Source: a virus | Taxonomy: Duplodnaviria; Caudoviricetes | Direction: 5' to 3' (one strand) | Virus record (IMG/VR): IMGVR_UViG_3300029825_000539 | Coordinates: 1 to 52,814 of that record | Length of the DNA: 52,814 nucleotides | Shown here: piece after piece, positions 19,184 to 27,963 of the stretch | How positions within the stretch are numbered: position 1 is the stretch's first letter | How the letters are laid out: each line of letters starts with the position of its first letter | The notes under the pieces: generated by a model | What the model saw: the letters and a program-made list of their open reading frames with translations, nothing else | Database searches by the model: none | What the model was told of the DNA's origin: nothing | Made by a program: the position numbers and the translations under genes

Positions 19184-22100
19184 AGTAATTGTTTTAGACG
19201 CAATGGGAAATCCTGTTGCGTCTTTCCCTTCCACAGTTAAATATCGTAAGAAGAAAAACCAAGGCACAGACTTCTCTTTTGTAGCTCCACCAGATGAAGA
19301 TATTCTTCAAACTCTACTACCTGAAAGACGTTGCACTGTTTACAACGAAGATAAGCCTTTAATTTCAGGTGTAATTCGCAACAGAGACCTTACTGTTTCT
19401 AGTCCTAATATTTTTTGTATCACAAACCATGTTAAGTTAAATAACTACCGCACTCCCGAAGCATGGACTGGGTGGAATGGTATGGACCTTAAAGACGCTG
19501 TAGAGGATATGCTCTACTCCTTTCTTGTTCAACGCCAAAACCTTCAATCACAATGGACTTCAGCAGTTGACATGGATAAAGTAGATGTTGTTACAATGCC
19601 AGGTAAAGTTATCTTGGCTAAAGATGCTAATGGTTCTTACTACTCTAGTGGGCACATCACTCTACAGTTTGATTTTGGGCAAGACTTGCAAAGATACCAG
19701 TTACTTAGATGGTCGGAGACTGTCGGTGATATGGTACGCATTAGAGCAGAGTTTAGGCCCTCTTTTGACGCTGTAAGCTGGTCTCCTTGGAGTGAAAGGT
19801 TAGCCTCAGTTTTCCCAGACACTTACGGCGTCGCTTTGACGGGCTCTGGACGTTACATTCAAGTCCGTATGCGCCTTTACACAAACGATACTATGTCTAT
19901 AGATAAGAATGGAAACCCTACTGGCGTTACGCCTATTTTAAGTGGGGTAGAGGTTGTCGGCAGAGGTAAAACAATCTTTACTAAAGGATCTTTCCCTGCT
20001 ATAGCTACAGGTAAGGTGCTAAACGGCTATCAATTCAACAGAGATAACTACTTAAACATTATTAAAACTTGGTGTGATGATTTCGGCTATGAATTTGATG
20101 TTGGCCATAACTTAGAGTTACATTTTGGTGCAGAATTAGGTAAGGAAACCGATTTCATATTAAGAGCTACAGACAACATCAATATAAAAAACCTCAGTGA
20201 TGAGTCTAAGGACCTTGTGAATTATCTTACTTGCTATGGTGCAGGTGATGGTCCCGCTCAGATCATGACTGCACGCCGGGATGATAACAGTATTAATAAT
20301 TATGGACTAAAGCCTGGTGAATTTGAAGATAAAGACGCTGATTCAATCGAAAAGCTTAATACCTCAGCTGATAAATATCTTGCAACTAAAGCTTGGCCAA
20401 AGGAAGAATTTATCGTTAGTATGCCTGTTAGCCTTCTAAACGAAGATGGCAGTTTAGGCTGTTTAGACACTGTTAGGGTTGTCGATCCTACCAGAGGCTT
20501 CGAAACGAAAGCCAAGATATTAGATGAGGACAGCGACGGTGCAATTATAACCTTCGGTCTCAATACTGATTTAGATAATATCCTAGAGAAGCTCAGTAAA
20601 GGCAATATAGCTAGGCCTAAGAGCAGAGGACTTCCTCCCGAACCACCGACTGATGTAAGGATTAAGAGTGGCTATAAGCATATTCTTATCTCTTGGCAGA
20701 GTGATGCAGACAGATTTGCTATAGAGCATTCACTCGACGGCCAAGACTTTAGCCTACTGCAAGTAGTAACAACTAAAGAATATGTACACTCACAGCTTGA
20801 TATCGATTCTACGCATTTCTATAGAGTAGTAGCTATTAAGAATGATCTAGTTAGCGTTCCAAGCGTCACAGTAACAGCTATAGTTAGAAATATTCCTACT
20901 ACTGATATAGACGATTTTGATATAGATAAAACTCCTCCAGGCAAACCTCTAAATTTATCTATGCAACAGCAGGTAGCTAATCGTATAGGTGATGCCTTCG
21001 ATATAGTAATTATGCTGACTTGGACTAATGATTCAGCTGCAGATTTAGCTTTAACAGAAATCCAACGAGCTGTAGATAATGGTACCTGGGAAGTTATTGG
21101 TACAAGCAAAGGTTCATCATTCATTGATAGAGATATTGTCATTGGAAGTAAGTACGCCTATAGGCTAGTACATGAGGATTATAGTGGTAACCGGTCCGAG
21201 TTCTCTGATGAAGCGTCTATCACAACAACGAATATTATTCCTCCTCCACTTGCTCCTGCAAATATAAACATAGCAAAGGGTGCATCCTTCTTTAAGGTAG
21301 AGTGGAATAAGAGTAAAACAACTGATGGCAATGACGATCTTAACATCAAAGAGTATGAAGTATTTGTTTCTGATACGTCTGGTTTCACGCCAAGCGATAA
21401 CAATAAAGTGTATGCTGGATTTGCTACTACCGCTTTTGTTAGAGCTGATGGAGATAAAACCTACTATGTACGTGTTAGAGCTAGGAATAAAATGAACGAT
21501 ACCTCTCCTTTTACCGATGAGGTGTCTTTTTATTTACCTAAAATAGCTAAAGAGGAATTAGCTTTTGCAGCTTTAACAGTTGATGATTTAACCGCTTATA
21601 AATTCTCTGCTGATCAGATATATGGTGGAAATCTTGATATTTCGAGATTTATCACCATAAACAATGGGAATGGCAAGGTAGTATGGGATACAACTGGTTT
21701 TTATGCGATCCAAAACGGAGTTAAAACCTTCTCCATCGATCCTGAAGATGGCTCAGCTTTCTACGGAGGTCCTCTTAGCGCTAAACAAATAACTGTAGAC
21801 CAGTTGGATGTAAACAGGCTCAATCTAAATGGTTGGGTGTCGGTATTACTTAGAACCACTGGATACCCTCTTTTATCTACAAGTGGCAAAGATTATCGCT
21901 CAAATAATGGTGATTCCTGGCAGACAGTATATGAAACTACACTCCCACGAAGTAGCGACGCTTACTATATAGCTAGGATTGCATATAAAATAAACTTTAG
22001 ACGTCTTAGCTGGATTTCAACAGGAGCAACAATGGCACGACTTCAAGTTGTGATAGGTGGACAAGTATTCACTGGAGCTGCGCATCAACAAGTTAGCCAA

Positions 22101-22253
22101 ACAAATAACTGGGGGGAAGTTAGGGGAGAGCTAGACTGTGATGGTCCACAAAGTAGCCAAGCTACAATCAAGCTGCAATTGTATGGTCCAGCTGGAAGTA
22201 TCACAGCTTTTACTCTAAACACTAATGAAGTAGCGCAAAATAGAAAGATTTAG
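19167..22253 (+). CDS. Tal/baseplate hub protein with fibronectin type III repeats
   Basis: Prophage tail-like N-terminal half; FN3 motifs PPEPPTDV, PPGKPLNL, YYVRVRARN. Confidence 0.8.
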   Translation: MAVAYRVIVLDAMGNPVASFPSTVKYRKKKNQGTDFSFVAPPDEDILQTLLPERRCTVYNEDKPLISGVIRNRDLTVSSPNIFCITNHVKLNNYRTPEAWTGWNGMDLKDAVEDMLYSFLVQRQNLQSQWTSAVDMDKVDVVTMPGKVILAKDANGSYYSSGHITLQFDFGQDLQRYQLLRWSETVGDMVRIRAEFRPSFDAVSWSPWSERLASVFPDTYGVALTGSGRYIQVRMRLYTNDTMSIDKNGNPTGVTPILSGVEVVGRGKTIFTKGSFPAIATGKVLNGYQFNRDNYLNIIKTWCDDFGYEFDVGHNLELHFGAELGKETDFILRATDNINIKNLSDESKDLVNYLTCYGAGDGPAQIMTARRDDNSINNYGLKPGEFEDKDADSIEKLNTSADKYLATKAWPKEEFIVSMPVSLLNEDGSLGCLDTVRVVDPTRGFETKAKILDEDSDGAIITFGLNTDLDNILEKLSKGNIARPKSRGLPPEPPTDVRIKSGYKHILISWQSDADRFAIEHSLDGQDFSLLQVVTTKEYVHSQLDIDSTHFYRVVAIKNDLVSVPSVTVTAIVRNIPTTDIDDFDIDKTPPGKPLNLSMQQQVANRIGDAFDIVIMLTWTNDSAADLALTEIQRAVDNGTWEVIGTSKGSSFIDRDIVIGSKYAYRLVHEDYSGNRSEFSDEASITTTNIIPPPLAPANINIAKGASFFKVEWNKSKTTDGNDDLNIKEYEVFVSDTSGFTPSDNNKVYAGFATTAFVRADGDKTYYVRVRARNKMNDTSPFTDEVSFYLPKIAKEELAFAALTVDDLTAYKFSADQIYGGNLDISRFITINNGNGKVVWDTTGFYAIQNGVKTFSIDPEDGSAFYGGPLSAKQITVDQLDVNRLNLNGWVSVLLRTTGYPLLSTSGKDYRSNNGDSWQTVYETTLPRSSDAYYIARIAYKINFRRLSWISTGATMARLQVVIGGQVFTGAAHQQVSQTNNWGEVRGELDCDGPQSSQATIKLQLYGPAGSITAFTLNTNEVAQNRKI

Positions 22254-22264
22254 GAGGCGGTTTT

Positions 22265-23164
22265 TTGCTTTATTTAATCAATGAAGGCGTAACGGACCAG
22301 GAAAACAACTCCTATGTAAGAGCAAGAATTATTTCAGAATTAGAAACGCCTCTTTACGCTGACACAGTATACGAAATTGACAACAATACTGACCCAGCAA
22401 GGGCCCAAGATATTTCTACTAAGCCAGATGATTACTTTATTGAGTACGAATATAATCCACCGGCCAACGATGAGGATATACCTACTGTAAAAAGCAAAAA
22501 ACTCATGCACAGAATTAGAGACAGCGATGGAAATATAGTTGGCACAGAAGAAGTTACCCCTCCTCAGGCAGCAGGCGGTATACCAATATCGAAATTGAAA
22601 ATTCAGTGGCATTATATCAATAAACTTTCTGTTTGGAAGCATTATCTTAGCGGAGGACAGGTATCACCTGGCTCCCCGTTCGAAGCAGAGCTTATCAGCA
22701 CTCCCGACGGTGCGAGTGCTAGCAACCCTACAGATGGATGGAGCGTTTTTAAAATACCTAACGGTCAATATACAAAGAACACAATATACAAATGCAATTT
22801 TAACAGTGCAAATGCATATGGGGATGCAATGCTTCACGATAATTATGTTCTATGTGCATCAATAGGTCATCAGGCAAATGTAGGAGACCCAAATAGGGGT
22901 GGAGTACCAAATAGCGAAATCGATTGGTCTATCCCAATTAAGAACATCTTCCCACAAGTTCGTTATTACGATAATCATATAGGGCATTTGTTACTAAATG
23001 GGATTGTTAGTAATAACTGGTATAAAAGTACGACAGCTGGTTATCTTGGCCATAATGCCCAGAATATTACTTTTGCATACACCGCTGATGCTAACCCGAA
23101 CGATACAGATCCATTTAAAGATATGTACTTCAGAATTAAGCGCTATTCCATTTTATTTGAATGA
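22265..23164 (+). CDS. Putative tail fibre/receptor-binding accessory protein
   Basis: Last tail-module gene, LKIQW motif, beta-rich; GGAGG RBS with TTG start. Confidence 0.5.
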   Translation: MLYLINEGVTDQENNSYVRARIISELETPLYADTVYEIDNNTDPARAQDISTKPDDYFIEYEYNPPANDEDIPTVKSKKLMHRIRDSDGNIVGTEEVTPPQAAGGIPISKLKIQWHYINKLSVWKHYLSGGQVSPGSPFEAELISTPDGASASNPTDGWSVFKIPNGQYTKNTIYKCNFNSANAYGDAMLHDNYVLCASIGHQANVGDPNRGGVPNSEIDWSIPIKNIFPQVRYYDNHIGHLLLNGIVSNNWYKSTTAGYLGHNAQNITFAYTADANPNDTDPFKDMYFRIKRYSILFE

Positions 23165-23180
23165 TAAGAGGTGGTTATTT

Positions 23181-23483
23181 ATGGGCGAAAATGAATTAAT
23201 TGGGTATATCAGAGAGGATTTAAAGCGCATGGACGCTAACATCAACGCTAACTTCGATAAATTACGCGACGAAATACAGCAGTTGCGAAAAGATCAAGGG
23301 ACAGACTGCTCAATTAAACGAAAAGCCATTTATGAAGATCTTGGGAAACTTGATGAACGCCTGGGAAAAGTAGAAGCCGCTATAGTTAGGTTAGACATGG
23401 GCCTAACTGTTAGCGGCTTTGTTGCTGGAAGTGCTGTAACTACATTAGTTGGGATGATCATCAAAAAGACTCTAGGAGCTTAA
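23181..23483 (+). CDS. XhlA-like coiled-coil membrane lysis protein
   Basis: GAGGTG RBS; coiled coil plus a single C-terminal transmembrane segment. Confidence 0.6.
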   Translation: MGENELIGYIREDLKRMDANINANFDKLRDEIQQLRKDQGTDCSIKRKAIYEDLGKLDERLGKVEAAIVRLDMGLTVSGFVAGSAVTTLVGMIIKKTLGA

Positions 23484-23499
23484 GAAAGGTGGTGATAAT

Positions 23500-23913
23500 A
23501 TGCCCAGCATTGAAGAACAATTAATGCTGCATGAGGGCTTAAAGTTAAAAGCTTACCTCTGTCCAGCTGGTAAAACTACTGTTGGAGTAGGGCGAAACCT
23601 AGAGGATAGAGGCATTACGCGCGATGAGGCGCTTTTTTTATTGCGCAACGACATCAAAGAAATAACAGAAGAGCTAAGCAAGCGTTACAGCTGGTTTAGC
23701 TCTTTAGACTTTGTACGCCAGAAAGTATTAATTGATATGACTTTTAACATCGGCCTTGGTGGGCTTTCTCAGTTCCGAAACATGCTCAATGCAATTGAAG
23801 GTGGTGATTATCAAAGAGCCTCTACAGAGATGGAAAATTCTAGGTGGTATCGTCAGGTAGGGATTCGGGCTAAGCGCTTAACCAAAATGATGAGAACCGG
23901 TTCAGATTATTAA
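23500..23913 (+). CDS. Endolysin, T4-lysozyme-like muramidase (GH24) without a cell-wall-binding domain
   Basis: HEGLKLKAYLCPAGKTTVGVG catalytic motif; MTFNIG; SRWYRQVGIRA. Confidence 0.9.
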   Translation: MPSIEEQLMLHEGLKLKAYLCPAGKTTVGVGRNLEDRGITRDEALFLLRNDIKEITEELSKRYSWFSSLDFVRQKVLIDMTFNIGLGGLSQFRNMLNAIEGGDYQRASTEMENSRWYRQVGIRAKRLTKMMRTGSDY

Positions 23914-23941
23914 AAAGAAAAAGAGAAAGAAGGTTAATGTA

Positions 23942-24295
23942 ATGGATAAGATTATTGGTTTCCTCTTGTGGGTTATCACTCTTCCTGCTGTTTTAGCTTA
24001 TGTAGCTAGCTGGTTGGTTAGCCGGCTAAAGGTTAAGAAAGAAAAAGAGTGGCTAATTACTCTTGTTAGGTTAGCCACGAACGCATATGAGTACGCTGAA
24101 GCCCAGGGCTTAGCTCAGGGTCTAAGAGGATATGCAAAGTTTGACCCGTTTATGGATAAATTTATTTTAGAATTTCGCAAAGAATTCGGATATGAACCTG
24201 CTCCTGAAGACAAAGGTAAAGCAGTAGAAATTATGGAGCAACGAGTTATTAATGAAAAAAAGGAGCGTCTTCAGCAAAGCGAAAAAGCTAGCTGA
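23942..24295 (+). CDS. Holin (N-terminal TM, LL-H-like)
   Basis: N-terminal hydrophobic helix, AYEYAEAQ, adjacent to the lysin. Confidence 0.7.
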   Translation: MDKIIGFLLWVITLPAVLAYVASWLVSRLKVKKEKEWLITLVRLATNAYEYAEAQGLAQGLRGYAKFDPFMDKFILEFRKEFGYEPAPEDKGKAVEIMEQRVINEKKERLQQSEKAS

Positions 24296-24401
24296 AGAAA
24301 ATGTAGATGCTGTTTTTGATAATTGGGTAGAGCAAGGAAAAGCTCAAAGGGATAATATCTCGGGTAGATTAATTGATTCACTCAGAAAAAAGGATATGTA
24401 A
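24252..24401 (+). CDS. 49-aa ORF overlapping the holin 3' end (MKKRSVFSKAKKLAEENVDAVFDNWVEQGKAQRDNISGRLIDSLRKKDM)
   Basis: Fills the gap up to the terminator; GGAG upstream. Confidence 0.4.
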   Translation: MKKRSVFSKAKKLAEENVDAVFDNWVEQGKAQRDNISGRLIDSLRKKDM

Positions 24402-24410
24402 AAAAGCGAA

Positions 24411-24437
24411 GCGGGCCTACATGGCCCGCCTTTTTTT
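24411..24437. terminator. Terminator between the convergent late and reverse operons
   Basis: GCGGGCC-TACAT-GGCCCGC followed by T7, A run upstream. Confidence 0.75.
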
Positions 24438-25032
24438 ATATTTCTGAGTCTTTTCCGGTACGATCCTTATAGACGAATAAAGGTTCTATAACATGAATAG
24501 CATCCTTACTCATTTCAATTAGATCTTCGGTTGTGTATCTAGCCTTGATTTTTTTAAGGACAAAGAGATATTCGTCTAAGTCGAATGGCTGTTGTTTTTG
24601 CATTTCTATATAGTCCTTCATCTTTAGAGTGTTTTCTGCCGATAAATAAACACCTCTGTGTACTTTTAAAATTCCTGTATCAGCATCAACAAGGAATACT
24701 ATCGTCCCCAGACGATTACCTGGTTCGATATTAGGTAAGTCAGCAGGTTGTTCTTGCAATAAATTTACGTTATACGGGATATCCATCCATTCTAGGTCGC
24801 CAAATTTAACCAAGAAAATGATAGCTCCTTGAATATAGCATATCTTTAATTTGAATCCGCCCTTCTGAATGTTGTCTATTACCTCTTCAGTCGGGCTTTT
24901 GATGGTAAAACCAATCATCGGCATTCCCTCAAGGATCTGAAATATCCTATTTTCTGGGTAAGACGTTTTCCCTTCAAAAAATAATTTGCCAACTTGAGGT
25001 TGCTGTATAGGCTTATTACTAAAGGTCAACAT
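24436..25032 (-). CDS. Hypothetical protein, paralogue of 25070-25579
   Basis: GGAAGG RBS before MLTFS; shared WMDxPYN and VFLVDAxTGxLKV motifs. Confidence 0.75.
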   Translation of the reverse strand: MLTFSNKPIQQPQVGKLFFEGKTSYPENRIFQILEGMPMIGFTIKSPTEEVIDNIQKGGFKLKICYIQGAIIFLVKFGDLEWMDIPYNVNLLQEQPADLPNIEPGNRLGTIVFLVDADTGILKVHRGVYLSAENTLKMKDYIEMQKQQPFDLDEYLFVLKKIKARYTTEDLIEMSKDAIHVIEPLFVYKDRTGKDSEI

Positions 25033-25069
25033 ATTACATCTTCCTTCCTGATATTCCTCTAAATAGTTA

Positions 25070-25579
25070 TTAATAGCCCATGCTAACAAGTTCTCTGGTT
25101 GTATATTTGGCATAGATGCTATTAATTGTTTGATGATAGTTATTTTCATCAAAAGGTTTAGCTTTTTGTTCCTCTGTAAACTCTTTTAATTTTAGAGATA
25201 TATTATTCGGTAGGCCAATTAACCTAGCTACTTTAAGTAACCCTGTATGGGCATCTACAAGAAATACAGAAAGGCCGTACCCCTGACCTTCATCAGGTTC
25301 TTCCAAAATAAATGATTGCGACAGATGTATGTTATACGGAGCGTCCATCCACTGTTGATTACCTAGCTTGGCCAAAAAGAAAATAACATTATCTATATAA
25401 CAGACTCTAAACTTAGTGGAGCCATTTTTAATATCAACTATTTCTTGTTCGTCCGGTTTATCGTAAAAGAGTAATAGCATAGGTCCTGTCTGATCAATGT
25501 CAAAGACAATCCCTTCACGGTACCTGGTTACACCCTCCTTGAATAGCTCTCCAACTTTAAGCTTCCTCACCGCTACCAT
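25070..25579 (-). CDS. Hypothetical protein, paralogue of 24436-25032
   Basis: VGELF..G, WMDAPYN, VFLVDAHTGLLKV, YTT motifs. Confidence 0.75.
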   Translation of the reverse strand: MVAVRKLKVGELFKEGVTRYREGIVFDIDQTGPMLLLFYDKPDEQEIVDIKNGSTKFRVCYIDNVIFFLAKLGNQQWMDAPYNIHLSQSFILEEPDEGQGYGLSVFLVDAHTGLLKVARLIGLPNNISLKLKEFTEEQKAKPFDENNYHQTINSIYAKYTTRELVSMGY

Positions 25580-25760
25580 CCTTTCGTTCTATGATGATCT
25601 TTTTCTGGCTATATGTTAGCTTTACTTCTCTGTTTTCAGGCGTTATACCCATGTCATCTGCCCAAGCTTTAGGAAAGCTAATACGTGTTCCAAAAGAGTA
25701 TTTACCGGAGTTACCACCAGCTTTATAAAATATAACTTTTAATGTCCTAGATTTCTTCAT
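25557..25760 (-). CDS. AbrB/MazE/SpoVT-like DNA-binding protein
   Basis: RISFPKAWADDMGIT...EVKL...IIIER. Confidence 0.75.
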   Translation of the reverse strand: MKKSRTLKVIFYKAGGNSGKYSFGTRISFPKAWADDMGITPENREVKLTYSQKKIIIERKDGSGEEA

Positions 25761-25761
25761 A

Positions 25762-26649
25762 TTAGATAACGTCCGTTGTTTGCCAGCTTTTCGAGAATTC
25801 TTTGTCTTTGAAGAGAGCAGCTAAACCTGTTATCTGTTTTAACCTTAGTATTTCGTCTAAATCCATGCCTAAATGTTTTGCTATCCATGCATCTGACCTT
25901 CCAATCTCTATCAATTCAGCTACAATATTGCTCATAAGACCTATGTCATGTGTGCCTCTTGCTCTGTTGTGTCTAATGGTGCTAGCCATTCTCTCGTCAA
26001 TAGGCTTGTCTATCACAGATACAGGTATCATACCATTTTCTCTTTCGTAAATATCTTTATGTTCTAACATGATTCTGTACCTATGAAAACCGTCTACAAT
26101 CTCATACATATCGTCTTCTTTATGATAATAACATACTATAGGCATTGTGTACCCGTCTTCTTTGATGCTGTCATACAGTAGTTTCATCTCTGGCGGAGCA
26201 ACTGCATTAGGGTTATATTCATTAGATCTTATCTTTTCAACAGGGACAGTAATAACATTGTATACAGGACTTTTAAACATGAACAAATCATCTCTTTCCA
26301 TAAAACTAATATTGTTTTTGTTTTTCTTAACATCACGGAAGCCAGCCTTAATAAAAAGGCTATAGGACTTTTCTGATGCAAAAGCTGTAACTTTCGTTGT
26401 AGTAATATTCTTCAGAGCATGGTTTAGAAGCTTAGTGCCAATTCCTTGGTTACGGTATCCATCTTTTACATAGAAACTCTTTATTCTCACTGTAGACTTA
26501 TAGCTGCAAGTGGAGATAATGCCAATTATTTTTCCACCATACATATAGCCATAGAAAATACCCTTTTCGTTAAACGACACTTGTTCTTTGTAAGCCTTAC
26601 TATCAATAATGAACTTCTTAGCTTCTTCACTACTTATGACGCTAATCAT
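25762..26649 (-). CDS. ibrB: GNAT acetyltransferase fused to IbrB-like ParB/Srx domain
   Basis: FYVKDGYRNQGIGTKLL acetyl-CoA motif; NEYNPNAVAPPE, IVDGFHR, STIRHNRARG. Confidence 0.85.
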   Translation of the reverse strand: MISVISSEEAKKFIIDSKAYKEQVSFNEKGIFYGYMYGGKIIGIISTCSYKSTVRIKSFYVKDGYRNQGIGTKLLNHALKNITTTKVTAFASEKSYSLFIKAGFRDVKKNKNNISFMERDDLFMFKSPVYNVITVPVEKIRSNEYNPNAVAPPEMKLLYDSIKEDGYTMPIVCYYHKEDDMYEIVDGFHRYRIMLEHKDIYERENGMIPVSVIDKPIDERMASTIRHNRARGTHDIGLMSNIVAELIEIGRSDAWIAKHLGMDLDEILRLKQITGLAALFKDKEFSKSWQTTDVI

Positions 26650-27962
26650 AGAGCACCTTTAATAATCGATTTGTATTTTTTCATTAATTGCCGTCTTCGT
26701 TCTTCGTCTTTCTTGGTCGGAGCAAAGCCCATATACTTACAAAGGTGGTCGTTTTTCATGATACATATACACATCCGCTTATATGTCGGTATTCTGCGAA
26801 AGTCAGTTACGTTTGTGTCATCTAAATAATCTTCAAACTGTATAACTTCCTTATCTTTATTGCCTCTATTTGATTTCTTGCCAGTCCGTATTATAGGAGC
26901 ACCTTCACCCTCCAGTTCCTTGATAGTTTGCTTATCTATTGCTCCGCCTTTAATCCAGCTCTTTTTAGATACTTCCAACCTGTCCAGATAGTTCTTGCGT
27001 GTTTCTTCGGGCAATGTCGATAAGAGAAAGTACATATAACTCTTCCATGTGTGCCCTTCTGGCAGAGTGATAGACTTCCATCCCATAGCTGTGGTACCGC
27101 CATAAATGCCAGCAAAGTTTACTCCGTTTACACGTCCAACCATCTTAGCCCATGTATTTGGTTCTATTGCTTTATATAGCTTTAGTGAATTTATAGCACA
27201 ATCATTAAATGGAGATGCTACTCTCATTTGGTCTACGCTTAGACCTGCTTGATAGTAAAGATCGTACACTTTGTTATAAGCAAACCCGAACTTTGCATTA
27301 GCTATCCAGACATCCTCTGCTGTCCAATCATATAGAGGATAAACATTAAACGCTTTATCTTCTTCCCGCCCATTTATCCAGGACATATCTTTATATTTAA
27401 ACACTTTACTGCTTGCTATAGCTCTATACCTATTTAAACTCTCGTCCGTTCTTATGCCTATCATAACAGCTGTTTTGCCGCACTCATTTGCAAACCATTT
27501 GCAAAAGTTATCCTGAACTGTATAATCTGAAGTTCCTTTTTTAAACTCAAAAGGGACGTTATCTTGATTAACAACAAATTTATTAGACGGCATATTCCTT
27601 ACCCAAATATCTTCTTTGTCTTTATCCCAAGGTATCCAATGATCTTGGTACATTGATACTGCGCATTGTGCTGCCACTGGTAAGCATAGCCAGTATTTTT
27701 TTACACCTTCGAAGTTATCCAGGAAACTCTGTTCCACAAATTCAGTCGTCATTGAATACTGAGCTTCATAATCTAGGTGATACATAGCTAATTTATCAAG
27801 CTGACTATACTCTTTTGCATACCCGTAGCACATATTGAGCAAAACACTGCTATCCTTGCCTCCGCTAAAAGCAACTAGCACATTATCAAACTCTTCAAAA
27901 ACGTATTTTAACCTTTCTTGCATAGCCTCATATACATTCTGGTTTGTATATACTTTTTCCAT
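26646..27962 (-). CDS. ibrA: IbrA-like PAPS-reductase/PP-loop protein (DUF3440)
   Basis: VAFSGGKDS, GIRTDESLNR, YPLYDW, RVNGVNF, YKRMCICIMKND. Confidence 0.9.
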   Translation of the reverse strand: MEKVYTNQNVYEAMQERLKYVFEEFDNVLVAFSGGKDSSVLLNMCYGYAKEYSQLDKLAMYHLDYEAQYSMTTEFVEQSFLDNFEGVKKYWLCLPVAAQCAVSMYQDHWIPWDKDKEDIWVRNMPSNKFVVNQDNVPFEFKKGTSDYTVQDNFCKWFANECGKTAVMIGIRTDESLNRYRAIASSKVFKYKDMSWINGREEDKAFNVYPLYDWTAEDVWIANAKFGFAYNKVYDLYYQAGLSVDQMRVASPFNDCAINSLKLYKAIEPNTWAKMVGRVNGVNFAGIYGGTTAMGWKSITLPEGHTWKSYMYFLLSTLPEETRKNYLDRLEVSKKSWIKGGAIDKQTIKELEGEGAPIIRTGKKSNRGNKDKEVIQFEDYLDDTNVTDFRRIPTYKRMCICIMKNDHLCKYMGFAPTKKDEERRRQLMKKYKSIIKGAL

Positions 27963-27963
27963 T

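Noticed and set aside
450-22642. Numerous minus-strand ORFs in the structural region
   Set aside because: Antisense shadows of long + strand genes with no RBS or recognisable motifs
13306-23164. Diversity-generating retroelement acting on tail genes
   Set aside because: No reverse transcriptase in the window and no template/variable repeat pair noticed by eye; a self dot-plot would be needed to exclude it fully
25033-25152. Long N-terminal extension of ORF 24436-25152 (and similar extensions at 22998, 35526, 39965, 40378)
   Set aside because: Extensions overlap neighbouring genes or promoters; better RBS-supported starts lie downstream
25762-27962. Complete Dnd/Ssp phosphorothioation system
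   Set aside because: No cysteine desulfurase, DndD/DndE or SspB/SspC homologues seen; only the fold-level relationship is retained as a hypothesis
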